Source of the DNA: Brevinematia bacterium
Lineage (GTDB): Bacteria; Spirochaetota; Brevinematia; DTOW01
Reading direction: 5' to 3'
Assembly: GCA_039630355.1 (NCBI GenBank)
Contig: JBCNVF010000014.1
Coordinates: 1 to 62,293, forward strand
DNA: 62,293 nt
Position 1 is the stretch's first letter. The number at the start of each line of letters is the position of its first letter. The notes beneath the pieces were generated by a model. The model did no database searches. It worked only from the letters and a program-made list of their open reading frames with translations, and was not told where the DNA came from. Both the position numbers and the translations under genes were made by a program. Positions 18,962 to 29,013 of this stretch are shown piece by piece.

Positions 18962-20785
18962 GTGGGGATTACGGGGATGTTAAAAAAATTTAAGATTATT
19001 GACAAGGTAGTTGGCAACTATGGTAGGAGGGTAATATTTGGTATAAGAGCTAAGTTAATCTTAGGGTTTAGTTTGATATTTCTTGTGTGTCTAGGAATCT
19101 TCTTACTTATAACTTATTTCTACCAATATTCTCTGCTTCTAAACGAAAAGATGAGAAGTGTAGACAACCTTAGCAAGGTGGTAGGTAACGTTTCGGAGAT
19201 TCTTTTGGAGAAGAGTCTTGATCGCTCTAAACTTGATATTGAAAGCCAAAGGCGTTTTGTGGAGTCAAACATTGAAAACTTTATGAACTTAAATGAAGAT
19301 GTTTTGGAAGTAATTCTAGTTGACAGAAGTGGGAAAGTGGTGCTCTCTAAGGGAGATAGAGTTATTTCAAGAAAATTGATAAATTCCTTACTGGCAGAGG
19401 GAAGAAGCAGGGTTGCAAGTGTAGTTGTAACTAACATCTTCCAAGGAAAGACGAATATATACGAATGTAGAGTGATAGCACTGCAGATACAGCAGAACTC
19501 TGGGCTTTTAGTTAGTGTGAACCAAGACTTTGACAAAATTTACAAAAAGATCTATGAAGTTGGAGTAAGCGGACAAGAGAGAGAAGAGATATGTAAAGTG
19601 ATGGTGAATAAGTATAAGGACTTTCTGAGGAATAGTGAAGGCTATAAGGATGTTGACTATCTGTTTTTGGACCTTTATAGATATCTTGCGGATACGGACA
19701 ATCTCGTAGTTTCCAAAGGTGATAGACACTTATTAAATGAGAAGTGGCTAGTTGGTGAGAAGAAAAAGATAGAGAGAGGAATAAGTGAACAAAATTTGAC
19801 TTTGGTTAAGAATGCTTATGACAGAATATTCAAGAACTTTCTTAGGATCAGAGAGTACGGTGAGAAAAGTAGATTTATAGGTTCTAACATTGTGGTCTTC
19901 AATATAACTAAACTGTCGGAAGAGATAAACAAAAATCTTGGAAATCTGGTTATTATCTTTTTGGGTGTATATCTTCTAAGCATACTTTTTATATTTCTAG
20001 TGTCAAAGGTATATGTTGAGAATGTGAAGAAGCTTGAAAAATGGGGTATGGAAGTAAGTGAAGGAAATTTATCTGCAAAGGTAGAGATAAGGTCCAATGA
20101 CGAAATAGGGAGACTTGCTGATGTTTTCAACTATATGCTTGATGAAATAGTATCTAGATACCATCTAGAAAAGTTTGTTTCTAGAAGTACTGTGAGTATG
20201 ATAAAAGACAAGAAGGATAAAGCTCTGGCTCTTGGCAAGGTTGGCAGAAAGAATCTAGCGTTTCTCTTTAGTGATGTAAGAGGTTTTACTTCGTTCTCTG
20301 AGAAAAATCCACCAGAAGTGGTTGTTGATGTTCTTAACACTTATTTAGATGTTCAATCAAAAGTAGTGAGGAAATACAAGGGAGATATAGATGACATTGT
20401 AGGTGATCAGATAATGGCACACTTTGGTGGTGAGAAAAGAGCGGATACTGCAATAAAAGTAGCGATTGAAATAATAAAATCTATTCAAGGTTTAAATGAA
20501 GAGAGGAAAAAGAAAGGGTTGCCAGTGTTTGAGGTTGGGATAGGAGTGCACATAGGGGATGTAGTTGTGGGGAACGTTGGCTCAGAATTTAGAATGGATT
20601 TTGCCTGTATAGGCGATGCTGTTAATACTTGCTCTAGATTATGCTCCATAGCAAAGCCTATGGAAATAGTAGCTTCAAAGGACATAGTTGAAGCATCTAG
20701 TAAAAATTTTGACTACCAAGAACTTCCACCCGTAGTCCTTAAGGGTAAGGAACAATCTTTCAAAGTGTATAGGATAGTAAGTTAG
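18962..20785 (+). CDS. Membrane class III nucleotide cyclase (TM-sensor-TM-HAMP-cyclase)
   Basis: LFSDVRGFTSFSE, VGDQIM, GIGVHIGDVVVGNVG, IGDAVNTCSRL; HAMP DEIGRLADVFNYM. Alternative start ATG 18977. Confidence 0.9.
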   Translation: MGITGMLKKFKIIDKVVGNYGRRVIFGIRAKLILGFSLIFLVCLGIFLLITYFYQYSLLLNEKMRSVDNLSKVVGNVSEILLEKSLDRSKLDIESQRRFVESNIENFMNLNEDVLEVILVDRSGKVVLSKGDRVISRKLINSLLAEGRSRVASVVVTNIFQGKTNIYECRVIALQIQQNSGLLVSVNQDFDKIYKKIYEVGVSGQEREEICKVMVNKYKDFLRNSEGYKDVDYLFLDLYRYLADTDNLVVSKGDRHLLNEKWLVGEKKKIERGISEQNLTLVKNAYDRIFKNFLRIREYGEKSRFIGSNIVVFNITKLSEEINKNLGNLVIIFLGVYLLSILFIFLVSKVYVENVKKLEKWGMEVSEGNLSAKVEIRSNDEIGRLADVFNYMLDEIVSRYHLEKFVSRSTVSMIKDKKDKALALGKVGRKNLAFLFSDVRGFTSFSEKNPPEVVVDVLNTYLDVQSKVVRKYKGDIDDIVGDQIMAHFGGEKRADTAIKVAIEIIKSIQGLNEERKKKGLPVFEVGIGVHIGDVVVGNVGSEFRMDFACIGDAVNTCSRLCSIAKPMEIVASKDIVEASSKNFDYQELPPVVLKGKEQSFKVYRIVS

Positions 20786-20893
20786 TGACATTTCTTGGCC
20801 TTGGAAGTTTAGTATTCTGTCAGAGGTGATTGTGACTTTCTCAACTATTTTTGTCTTGTTGGAGAAGTTAAGAGTTACCTTCTTGCAGAATTT

Positions 20894-21043
20894 CGTAGAA
20901 TTAGAGTTTGAAGCTGGAAGGTTTTTCTCTTGCATCCTTTTTGGAACTAGTTGAACGATTTCTCAAAGAATGCCTAGGAGGTCTAGTGCGTAGAGATGTT
21001 CGTTAGAGAGTATTACTGTATTCAATAGAAATTAAGTGTATGG
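20894..21043 (-). mobile_element. Decayed, shortened copy (H) of the TIR element
   Basis: TCTCTTGCA...GGAACTAG...ATGCCTAGGAGGTCTAGTG parallels copy C; CAATAGAAATTAAG (21023-21036) is the exact reverse complement of 2351-2364. Confidence 0.5.
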
Positions 21044-21084
21044 TATGAGTATAATAATTGTAACTTTGGTAGTTGGGGGTGAGT

Positions 21085-23208
21085 ATGAGAAAGCCCAAGA
21101 TAGGTTTTGCCTTTAAAAGTAGTCTTGCTGTATCGTTAGTTGTTCTATCTATATCTTTTGTAGTTACATATTTTGTTCTAGATTTTCTATATTCCCTAAT
21201 CCAAACTAGGATTATAAACACTCTTAAGGTTATAAACAAGGGGTTCAAGGAGGACTACTACGATTATGAGGTTCTAGCCATTAGGGAGTATGGTGAGAAG
21301 ATTATAAGTGAGAATTTAGACGAGTATGAAAACTTTGTGGATGTTATTGAGCCATCTCTTATAGGCTTTGCGGAGGATTACGATATATGGCAGACTAAAA
21401 GTCCAGAGGAGTTTAGTGAGTTTGTTGCTGGGGTTTTTTATTGGGATGGTAGTGTTGTTCACTCAAGAGACCCTTCCTTTCAGGACAGTAAGTTTATAGA
21501 GTTTCTTAAGAAGCTGAATCTGAGAGTGGGAGAGGAAGATGTCTATATAGACTATGAACGCTCTAGTGGCACTTACCTTTTCAAACTTAGAAAGGGAGTA
21601 ATTGGATGTAGGGTGTATCCGGAGATATATAACAGGGTTTGGCTAAGAAGTATACTTAAGGAGGCGAAGATTGATTTTTACGGTGCAATTTCACCGAAGA
21701 ATGGAGATTTAAGAACCAATTTTTTTGAAATCATAAACGAAGTTGATGAAGTAGGTATAAAGCCAGAGGAGGTGTATGGTGATTTGATTAGGAAAGTTAA
21801 GAATAAAAGCTTTGACATTGTAGGTGGAGTAAAGGGTGGGTTTATGGAGTTTTTGATAGTTCACGATTATGGGCAATTTATTTTCAATGGTGTTATTGAG
21901 GTACCTTTGAGGTATATATTACCCATAGGTATTGTTGAGATGTCAATACTTGTATCTTTACCTATTGTTCTAGTGTTGTTTATCCTAGTGCTATTTTTCA
22001 CCAACCGTGTTATTGGGAGGATAAGGGCTTTAAGTGAGAAGATGGCCGAGCTTGGGAGGAGTGGAGGAGATCTCTCGTATAGAATTGAAATGGAGGTAGG
22101 TGTAAGGGAGGTTAGAGAGGTTGCTGAAAACATAAACGAATTTCTTTCTACTGTTGAAGATATTGTTAGAAGGAGTAAGGGGACGTTTAAGGATGCTGAG
22201 GAGAATATGCGGTTTTTATCTGAGCTTGGAGATGAGGTAGTGAGAATAAAGGAGATTGTAGCAGAGCAAGGAGAAGTAAGACAGATGATGGAAGAGATTA
22301 GTGCTATGTCTAGTGAGATTGGGACAATTGTTGAGGAGATGTTACGGTCTTTTGAAGGTATAAGGAGTAATATTGAGAGGCAATACTCAATGATAGAGGA
22401 GATGAGTGGTATGGTTGAGGAGACGATAATGACTGTGAATAACATAGGGAAGAGAGTGGGGAAGGTGAATGAGGTGCTTTTGTCTCTTCGTGATGAGGCG
22501 CTGAGAAGTAGTGCGATTGTTAGAAAAAATGTTGAGGAGGTAAGGGATGTGGATATGTTTTTGAAGAATGTGTTAGAGGTGGTAGATGTGATAAAGGGGA
22601 TAAGTAGTAAAATAGAGGTTTTGTCAATGAATGCTGGGATAGAGGCAGCGCATGCGGGTGAAGCTGGAAGAGGTTTTGCAGTTGTAGCAGAGGAGATGGG
22701 AAATTTGGCGGAAGATAGTAGGAGGAGAGCTGTGGAGATTGAGAGAATGGTTAGAGATGTGATAACCAAGGTTAAGGAAGGTATGGAAGGCGTAGAAGAA
22801 AATGGGGAAAGGTTTGTTAGGATAGCAGAGGGGGTTAAGGAGGTAAGTGTGTTCGTGAGTGAGATAAATGCCAGTATGATTGAAGTAGAAAAGACAAATA
22901 AGGTGGTTATGGGAGTGATAAGTAATCTTGCAAGTTATAGCGAGAGTATAAAAGTAGCAATGGTAGAGGGTAAGAGTGGAATGGAGGAAATAGTAAAGGC
23001 TGTATATGAAGTAAATGATGCGACGAACAGTCTGAATGAGAGTTTCGGGAAAGTATATAGTGTAATGACTAATGCAGTGGATATATTGGGTAGAGCAAGT
23101 GAGAAATTACCTATAATAGTTAACAGTATTAAAACACTTAGTGTTGAGCTGAACAAGTTTAAGGTCAAGGAAATAGGATCTGCAAAAGGAATTACTCTGG
23201 CTGAATAG
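21085..23208 (+). CDS. Methyl-accepting chemotaxis protein
   Basis: TM-periplasmic-TM-HAMP followed by canonical [26 protein letters not shown]. Confidence 0.92.
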   Translation: MRKPKIGFAFKSSLAVSLVVLSISFVVTYFVLDFLYSLIQTRIINTLKVINKGFKEDYYDYEVLAIREYGEKIISENLDEYENFVDVIEPSLIGFAEDYDIWQTKSPEEFSEFVAGVFYWDGSVVHSRDPSFQDSKFIEFLKKLNLRVGEEDVYIDYERSSGTYLFKLRKGVIGCRVYPEIYNRVWLRSILKEAKIDFYGAISPKNGDLRTNFFEIINEVDEVGIKPEEVYGDLIRKVKNKSFDIVGGVKGGFMEFLIVHDYGQFIFNGVIEVPLRYILPIGIVEMSILVSLPIVLVLFILVLFFTNRVIGRIRALSEKMAELGRSGGDLSYRIEMEVGVREVREVAENINEFLSTVEDIVRRSKGTFKDAEENMRFLSELGDEVVRIKEIVAEQGEVRQMMEEISAMSSEIGTIVEEMLRSFEGIRSNIERQYSMIEEMSGMVEETIMTVNNIGKRVGKVNEVLLSLRDEALRSSAIVRKNVEEVRDVDMFLKNVLEVVDVIKGISSKIEVLSMNAGIEAAHAGEAGRGFAVVAEEMGNLAEDSRRRAVEIERMVRDVITKVKEGMEGVEENGERFVRIAEGVKEVSVFVSEINASMIEVEKTNKVVMGVISNLASYSESIKVAMVEGKSGMEEIVKAVYEVNDATNSLNESFGKVYSVMTNAVDILGRASEKLPIIVNSIKTLSVELNKFKVKEIGSAKGITLAE

Positions 23209-23281
23209 TAACATACGAATTTTATTGATTTTGTGTAAGTCCTTCATTTATAATTGCTTTGATGAGAAAGGAGGTTTTGAT

Positions 23282-23947
23282 ATGGGTGTGAAAAGAGTAG
23301 CTTGTATTTGGATACTGATGTTGTTTTTCGGAAATTTAGCTGTTGCTGGGTCTTTTGGTGCTATGCAGGAGATTTCAGAAGGTATAGATTTAGATGTAGC
23401 ATTGCACGTTCCTACAGATTTTTCTAGCTTTAGTGGAGAGTTAGGTGGGAGTTTTGGTGTATTACCTAATTTTGATTTGACTTTGTGTTTCTCCGAGTTT
23501 TCGGTGGAAAATGGAGAGTTTCATTGGCATGGAGCTTGGCTAATGCCAAGGTACGACTTGGGGGAGCTGGCGATTCTTGAGTATAATATCTTGGCACTAA
23601 GTCTAGGTTATTACTCAGGGGAGTTTACGAATTTCACATTCGGTTTTGAATACCATACCGAGCTCTCTCTGGTAAAGGAGATATTCTCTATAGAGATTAA
23701 TATTGCAGTTCCGGTTTTCCCCAAAGTTCTTCTTACTGGTATAGTTGCGCCTGTAGTTTCGTTTGAAAGCTTTACAGGTATACCTGTATCTGCCTACTTT
23801 GAAGCTGATCTGGAAACAGATTTAGAAAGCTTCGGTTATCATTTGATAGCGGGAATAGATGTCTACATAGAACCATTTGAGCTAAACGTAGGATATGACT
23901 TTTCAGGAGAAATAGTTGGTTTTCTTGGATTTGGTTTTAAGCTCTGA
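23282..23947 (+). CDS. Hypothetical exported protein, probable outer-membrane beta-barrel
   Basis: AGGAGG SD before ATG 23282; signal peptide; alternating hydrophobic strands; ends GFLGFGFKL. Confidence 0.55.
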   Translation: MGVKRVACIWILMLFFGNLAVAGSFGAMQEISEGIDLDVALHVPTDFSSFSGELGGSFGVLPNFDLTLCFSEFSVENGEFHWHGAWLMPRYDLGELAILEYNILALSLGYYSGEFTNFTFGFEYHTELSLVKEIFSIEINIAVPVFPKVLLTGIVAPVVSFESFTGIPVSAYFEADLETDLESFGYHLIAGIDVYIEPFELNVGYDFSGEIVGFLGFGFKL

Positions 23948-23990
23948 TTGGTAGAATAAATTAGTGGAATAAGGGTATTTTTGGTTTAGT

Positions 23991-25604
23991 ATGGAGTTTT
24001 TTGTGGGGAGGGGAGGTCTAGGAGTAGTACTTATTTTTTTGTATCTACTGGTTGTGAATTCTGCTGTTGCTACAGAAACGAACACTAATGGTGTAGTTTT
24101 GCCTCAAACAGAGTTTTTTGTTGAAGGTGCTACTCCTCCGGTTATAGAAAAGAGGGATATTGTTGTTCCTTCCAGAGAGGATAGGAGGGATCTGTATGAA
24201 GCTCCAAGTATAAAGAGCGTGGAACTTTTGGAGAAAGAAGCTAAAAAGGAGCTGTCTGAGGGAATAAGATCAAAGATAATCTCTCTCTTCTCTTATGGAA
24301 TCAATGACATCTTAAGTTTTTCAATAATAGGACTGAGTCAGATTCCTGTTGACCCTATTAGTCTCAGCACGGTGATAAAGTACAATAGGTTCAAAAGACC
24401 TGATGTAGTGTTTTACTACAATGTTCCTACTATTTTGAGAAACACATCTAAGGATACTGACCTTGCAAGTGTTTCTGTAAGTATTTCATCCTCTTACATT
24501 TTTTGGAGCACTGTAGTTGAGTTTTTTGAGGAGTTTAGGGGCCTTTGGAACAATCCAACTTACCTGGACGAGAAGAATAGAAACATAAGTTTTGATTCTG
24601 AGCTGAGATACAAAATTGATAGAGATTCAAATCTAGATGCCCGTATTGTTTTAGATCATCACTACGATGTGGTAAGGAGAAGAGATTTTCTGTCTTTACA
24701 CACATCTGTTAATGATCTACTTCTTGCTGTAGGTTACAGGTATGGCCTGGAGAGATTTAATTTCTTTGGTGTGGATTTTGAGATAGGAGCGAAGGTTTTG
24801 GAATTTACTGACAGGGAAGAGATTGTAAGCGGTGTGAATGGGAAGGTTTCATTCTCTTTTGCATTTCCGATATATGCAAATACTTGGTTTTTGGGGACTG
24901 AGGGAGGTATTATACCTGATACCTTCCTTCCTATGGAGTGGGTTTTGAGGTTAGATTTGGGTTATAAGCCTGGTGAAAATTTTATTGTTTATTTCTCCGT
25001 ATTCAAGGACTATGAAAAATTTGGTTCAAAGTTCTTAAGCAGGGGATTAAATCTTGTTAATCGTGTTTTGCCGGGAGACTCAGTAATGGGGGTTGAGCTA
25101 AGTTCTAAGTTGTTCTTTTGGGGTAATAATTCCTTTAGTCTTTCTGGTGGTTATTCATACTACCTGACTAAGGTATATGATAGGTATGAAGGTGATATCT
25201 ACTTTGTTGAAGTTACAAATGCTAGCGAAGTGTATTCAAAGGTAGAAGTGGATGTTATTTCTCTTGATTGGTTAAATTTTGAGGGGATATATGTGTTTTC
25301 TCTTTTTGTTCCGTTTCTACCTTATACCTCATTACATTCCTTGGAAGCTAATGCTAAGCTGTTGTTAGGTAATTTTAGTTTTTCTTTGGGAATGGTAGGA
25401 GAAACTGCTAAAAGAAGTGAATTTGGGCAAGAAGACATAGCTCCTTATCTTGGAGTTTCTGTTGAGTTGGAGTGGGAAGTAGTAAAGAATGTTTCTTTTA
25501 TTCTCAAGGTTGAGAATGCACTTAATAACCTTATAGTAATGAGGAAGGATAGTATTATTTCGGAACCTTTCTGTGCTTTGGGGTGTGTTAAAGTCAAGCT
25601 ATGA
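23991..25604 (+). CDS. Hypothetical large outer-membrane beta-barrel-like protein
   Basis: Signal peptide; aromatic-rich amphipathic strands; C-terminal LKVENALN...ALGCVKVKL reminiscent of TonB-receptor ends. Confidence 0.55.
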   Translation: MEFFVGRGGLGVVLIFLYLLVVNSAVATETNTNGVVLPQTEFFVEGATPPVIEKRDIVVPSREDRRDLYEAPSIKSVELLEKEAKKELSEGIRSKIISLFSYGINDILSFSIIGLSQIPVDPISLSTVIKYNRFKRPDVVFYYNVPTILRNTSKDTDLASVSVSISSSYIFWSTVVEFFEEFRGLWNNPTYLDEKNRNISFDSELRYKIDRDSNLDARIVLDHHYDVVRRRDFLSLHTSVNDLLLAVGYRYGLERFNFFGVDFEIGAKVLEFTDREEIVSGVNGKVSFSFAFPIYANTWFLGTEGGIIPDTFLPMEWVLRLDLGYKPGENFIVYFSVFKDYEKFGSKFLSRGLNLVNRVLPGDSVMGVELSSKLFFWGNNSFSLSGGYSYYLTKVYDRYEGDIYFVEVTNASEVYSKVEVDVISLDWLNFEGIYVFSLFVPFLPYTSLHSLEANAKLLLGNFSFSLGMVGETAKRSEFGQEDIAPYLGVSVELEWEVVKNVSFILKVENALNNLIVMRKDSIISEPFCALGCVKVKL

Positions 25605-26977
25605 AGCTAAAGATTGTCTCAATAGTTGGTAAACCAAATACTGGTAAATCTTCACTTTTTAATACTTTTGTTGGTAGGGGCAAAGCAATAGTTTATGACA
25701 AACCTGGAACTACTATTGATATAAACCGAGAGATTGTTGAGCTTGATGGGGTAAGGTTTATTCTTCAGGATACGGGTGGATATATGACAGAGAAAAGTGG
25801 TTTTTCTGAAATACCGCATAGGCTGACGCTTAGAGTTAAGCATCTTCTTGAAAAAGCAGTGGAAGAGTCCTCGCTGATACTCTTTACGGTTGAGTTTAAC
25901 AATGTGACATTCCTTGATTATGAGCTTGCTAGCTTGCTTAGAAAGTATTACGATAAGGTAAAGTTGGTTGTAACTAAGGTTGATACGGTACATCAGAGGA
26001 TTATGGTTTCTGATGATGTATACAAGTTAGGTTTTAAAAACATTTTCTTTGTTTCATCTAAGACTAAATACGGTTTTGATGAGCTGGTTGAGAGTGTGAG
26101 AATGTTTATACTTGAGACTAGTGAGGGAATGTTTGAAAGAGACTCTAGGACTGAGGTTAAGGTTGCTATAGTAGGTAGGATAAATGTGGGCAAGTCTACA
26201 ATTATGAATGAGCTTGTTGGAAATGAGAGAGTGATGGTAGATGACAAGCCTGGGACTACGAGGGATAGTGTTGATGATTTTGTTGAAAAGGATAATGCTT
26301 TAGTGAGACTTACGGATACTGCAGGGTTTAGAAGAAGTATTTTCAAGCTGGAACCTATTGAGAAGTTTGGTATTGAGAGGACAGAAAATGCTATAAGGAA
26401 CGCAGATGTTGTGATTGTGGTTATAGATGGTAAAGAAGGTGTTACAAAACAAGATAAGAAAGTTTTGAGGATAGTAGTTGAGAATTATAAGCCATTTGTG
26501 ATAGCGGTGAATAAGATGGATCTAGTTGTTGGGAAAGATAAACTTAGTGATAAAGTTGAAATGGGAAGGTATCACTCTGCATTTGTGGACTTTATTTCAA
26601 GAACTTTTGAGAATGTTAAAGGTGTACCAGTTATTTTGACTTCTGCCAAGGAGAGATACAATATTGATTTATTGCTTAGTCAAGCTTTTGATGTTTTTAG
26701 AAAGTCTATGAAAAGGATCTCAACAGGTGTTGTAAATAGGAAGCTTAGGGAGGTTATCCCTCAGTTTTTCAGCGGTGAAGTATCTACTAAGCTAAGGATA
26801 TACTACATTACTCAGGTAGAAGTTGGTCCGCCGACATTTGTGGTATTTGTTAATAAAAGAGAACACTTTAAGAAACACTTTGAGAACTTTCTAAAAAGAA
26901 AGATAGTGGAAATATTTGACTTTGGTGGGGTTCCTATAAAAATAGAGGTCAGAGAGAAGGTGAGAAGTAAGGTTTAG
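25601..26977 (+). CDS. der: Ribosome biogenesis GTPase Der (EngA)
   Basis: Tandem GTPase domains GKPNTGKS / GRINVGKS, DTGG / DTAG, NKMD; C-terminal KH-like domain. Confidence 0.95.
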   Translation: MKLKIVSIVGKPNTGKSSLFNTFVGRGKAIVYDKPGTTIDINREIVELDGVRFILQDTGGYMTEKSGFSEIPHRLTLRVKHLLEKAVEESSLILFTVEFNNVTFLDYELASLLRKYYDKVKLVVTKVDTVHQRIMVSDDVYKLGFKNIFFVSSKTKYGFDELVESVRMFILETSEGMFERDSRTEVKVAIVGRINVGKSTIMNELVGNERVMVDDKPGTTRDSVDDFVEKDNALVRLTDTAGFRRSIFKLEPIEKFGIERTENAIRNADVVIVVIDGKEGVTKQDKKVLRIVVENYKPFVIAVNKMDLVVGKDKLSDKVEMGRYHSAFVDFISRTFENVKGVPVILTSAKERYNIDLLLSQAFDVFRKSMKRISTGVVNRKLREVIPQFFSGEVSTKLRIYYITQVEVGPPTFVVFVNKREHFKKHFENFLKRKIVEIFDFGGVPIKIEVREKVRSKV

Positions 26978-26984
26978 GGAGGAT

Positions 26985-27854
26985 TTGGCTAAGGCTGATA
27001 TGTTTGAAAATAGAATTTTCAAAATAAATGATGATAGGTATATATCCTACTTTGAGGTAGGTGAAGGTGAGAATGTTTTATTCTTAATCCATGGATGGCT
27101 TTCCTCAAAAGAGAGTTGGATACCGATGATCCAATTTTTGGATAACAAGGAATTTAGGGTGATAGCAGTTGACCTGCTCGGGCATGGGGGTAGTTCTAGA
27201 TCACTTAGGCTTAAGTTTGATACTAGTGAGAATGTCTCAATTCTTGCGAAGTTTGCTATGTCTCTAGGAGTTAGGAATATCGTTATTGTTGGTCATTCTC
27301 TAGGTGGTAAAATCTCATTGTTTTTGGCTAATAGGTTAGCCGGTTTTTCAAAAACTCTGGTTAAGAAAGTTATAATTGTTAACTCAATAGGTTCATACGA
27401 GTTTTGGAGATCACTTCCTACTCTTATGAAGGTGATGTTATACAAGCCTATTAGATCCTTAATAGGATTTTTCACGATACCGTTTTTCATAAAGTTCTAC
27501 TTCAAGGAATTGCTATTTCTTTTCCCTCTGTCTGAGGAGATAAAAGAGAATATTTCAAAGTATTTATCAGAGTATACTTCTTCCCACTTTGAGTCGTTTA
27601 GGAATAAGAGGTGTGCATTAAGGATTACTAAGAACCTGTTTGATGTTTTTGTTGAGGATATAGAGAGGAGTGAACTGCCTGAGGTAGATATAGTGTGGAC
27701 TGCTGAGGATAAGGTTGTGCCATTGCAGGTTCAGTATAAGTTTTCCCAGCTTTTCAAGAAACCGGTATACATACTTTCCGGAGCTGGACATATGAGTCCT
27801 GTTGAGATACCTGATAAGTTAGCGAAAACGGTATCTTTACTTTGTAAGACATGA
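26985..27854 (+). CDS. Alpha/beta hydrolase
   Basis: IHGW oxyanion motif, GHSLGG nucleophile elbow, AGH catalytic His; alternative start ATG 27000. Confidence 0.9.
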   Translation: MAKADMFENRIFKINDDRYISYFEVGEGENVLFLIHGWLSSKESWIPMIQFLDNKEFRVIAVDLLGHGGSSRSLRLKFDTSENVSILAKFAMSLGVRNIVIVGHSLGGKISLFLANRLAGFSKTLVKKVIIVNSIGSYEFWRSLPTLMKVMLYKPIRSLIGFFTIPFFIKFYFKELLFLFPLSEEIKENISKYLSEYTSSHFESFRNKRCALRITKNLFDVFVEDIERSELPEVDIVWTAEDKVVPLQVQYKFSQLFKKPVYILSGAGHMSPVEIPDKLAKTVSLLCKT

Positions 27855-27900
27855 GGGGGGTAGTGATAAACTTGGGTTTTCAAAAGTAAACCCCCCTTTT
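27854..27900. terminator. Possible terminator between convergent genes
   Basis: AGGGGGG...CCCCCCT inverted repeat with inner GGGTTT/AAACCC, followed by a T run. Confidence 0.3.
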
Positions 27901-27904
27901 GTTG

Positions 27905-28777
27905 TTAAAGACCTAGAGATTTTCTAATTTTGTCTAACTCCTTTTTAGGTAGTGGGTAGAAGCCTACTTCTTCTACAATCTTCTGTCCGTCTTTGGAGAG
28001 AATCCAAGAGATGTATTTCTTTACTTCTGGTCTGTTCAAAGTATCTTGAGTGAGGTAGATGAAAAGGTATCTTGATATTGGGTATGTTCCTTTTAATACG
28101 TTCTCCATACTTGGTGCAAATGCTTCACTTCCTTTTTTCTTTGAAACATTTAGAGCTTTAGCTCCCTTGAGGTATCCGATACCACCGTAGCCGATACCGT
28201 ATTTATCTTTTTTCACAGCATTAAGCACTGATGCTGTCCCAGGCATATGTTGAGCGTATACTGAAAATTCCTCGTTATTAAGCACATGTTCTTTAAAGTA
28301 CATATAGGTTCCAGAGTTATTTTCTCTTGAGTATATCTTTATGGTTTTATTCTCCCATCCAAGTTCAGACCAATTGGATATTTTCCCTGTAAAGATATCC
28401 TTCAGAGTCTCCATATCAATTTCTTTCAATGGATTTGCACTATTAACATATATCGTTATGCCGTCAAGAGCGACAGGAATCTCAATTAATTTGCCTCCTT
28501 CTTTTTCTATCTGTTCTTTTTCTTTATCCTTGACAGGTCTGGAGGAATTTGCAAGATCTGTTGTTTTGTTGATTAGGGCTGCTATACCGGTTCCGGACCC
28601 ACCTCCTGTGACTTGAATTGTGATACCCTTGTTGTTCTTCATATATATTTCAGCCCATCTCTGTCCGAGTATAACCATAGTATCCGAGCCTTTTACGGTT
28701 ATACTCTTTTCTTGAGCTATAGCAGTTGTGGAAAAGGCTACAACTAAAGTAGCTATCAATAGTTTAAAGGCTTTCAT
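27905..28777 (-). CDS. pstS: Phosphate ABC transporter substrate-binding protein
   Basis: ITVKGSDTMV, VTGGGSGTGIAAL, SRENNSGTY, YPISRYL; SD AGGAGG favours ATG 28777. Confidence 0.93.
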   Translation of the reverse strand: MKAFKLLIATLVVAFSTTAIAQEKSITVKGSDTMVILGQRWAEIYMKNNKGITIQVTGGGSGTGIAALINKTTDLANSSRPVKDKEKEQIEKEGGKLIEIPVALDGITIYVNSANPLKEIDMETLKDIFTGKISNWSELGWENKTIKIYSRENNSGTYMYFKEHVLNNEEFSVYAQHMPGTASVLNAVKKDKYGIGYGGIGYLKGAKALNVSKKKGSEAFAPSMENVLKGTYPISRYLFIYLTQDTLNRPEVKKYISWILSKDGQKIVEEVGFYPLPKKELDKIRKSLGL

Positions 28778-28816
28778 ATGCATACCTCCTATAAGTTTTA
28801 TAAAATCCTAAACATT

Positions 28817-28860
28817 GTGTGTAAATTGAATGTAAAGTGATCAGAATGCGAATGTAAAGT
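28817..28860 (-). promoter_or_regulatory. Pho-box-like phased direct repeats upstream of pstS
   Basis: TTTACA (minus strand) at 28820, 28831 and 28853, an 11-bp register; ACTTTACATTC is repeated exactly 22 bp apart. Confidence 0.65.
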
Positions 28861-28960
28861 AGCATTGGAAGTTGTTCAAAGGCTTCTTCTTTTGTGGTTT
28901 TGTCCTTAAAAGTTTTATTTTAGTGGTGTTTTTGGTTGATAGACTTTTAGGGTTTTTCTC

Positions 28961-28989
28961 TTGACGCAATAGTGTTGGTTAGGTAAATT
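28961..28989 (+). promoter_or_regulatory. Sigma70-like promoter for rtcB
   Basis: TTGACG-N17-TAAATT followed by GGAGG SD. Confidence 0.5.
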
Positions 28990-29013
28990 ATTTAATGCTA
29001 TTGGAGGTTTAGG

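Noticed and set aside
22000-23208. Extreme C-poor, purine-rich composition as a sign of foreign DNA
   Set aside because: It is explained by the E/V/M/I/G-rich MCP coiled coil and G/T third-position bias seen in other plus-strand genes; there are no mobility genes or boundaries.
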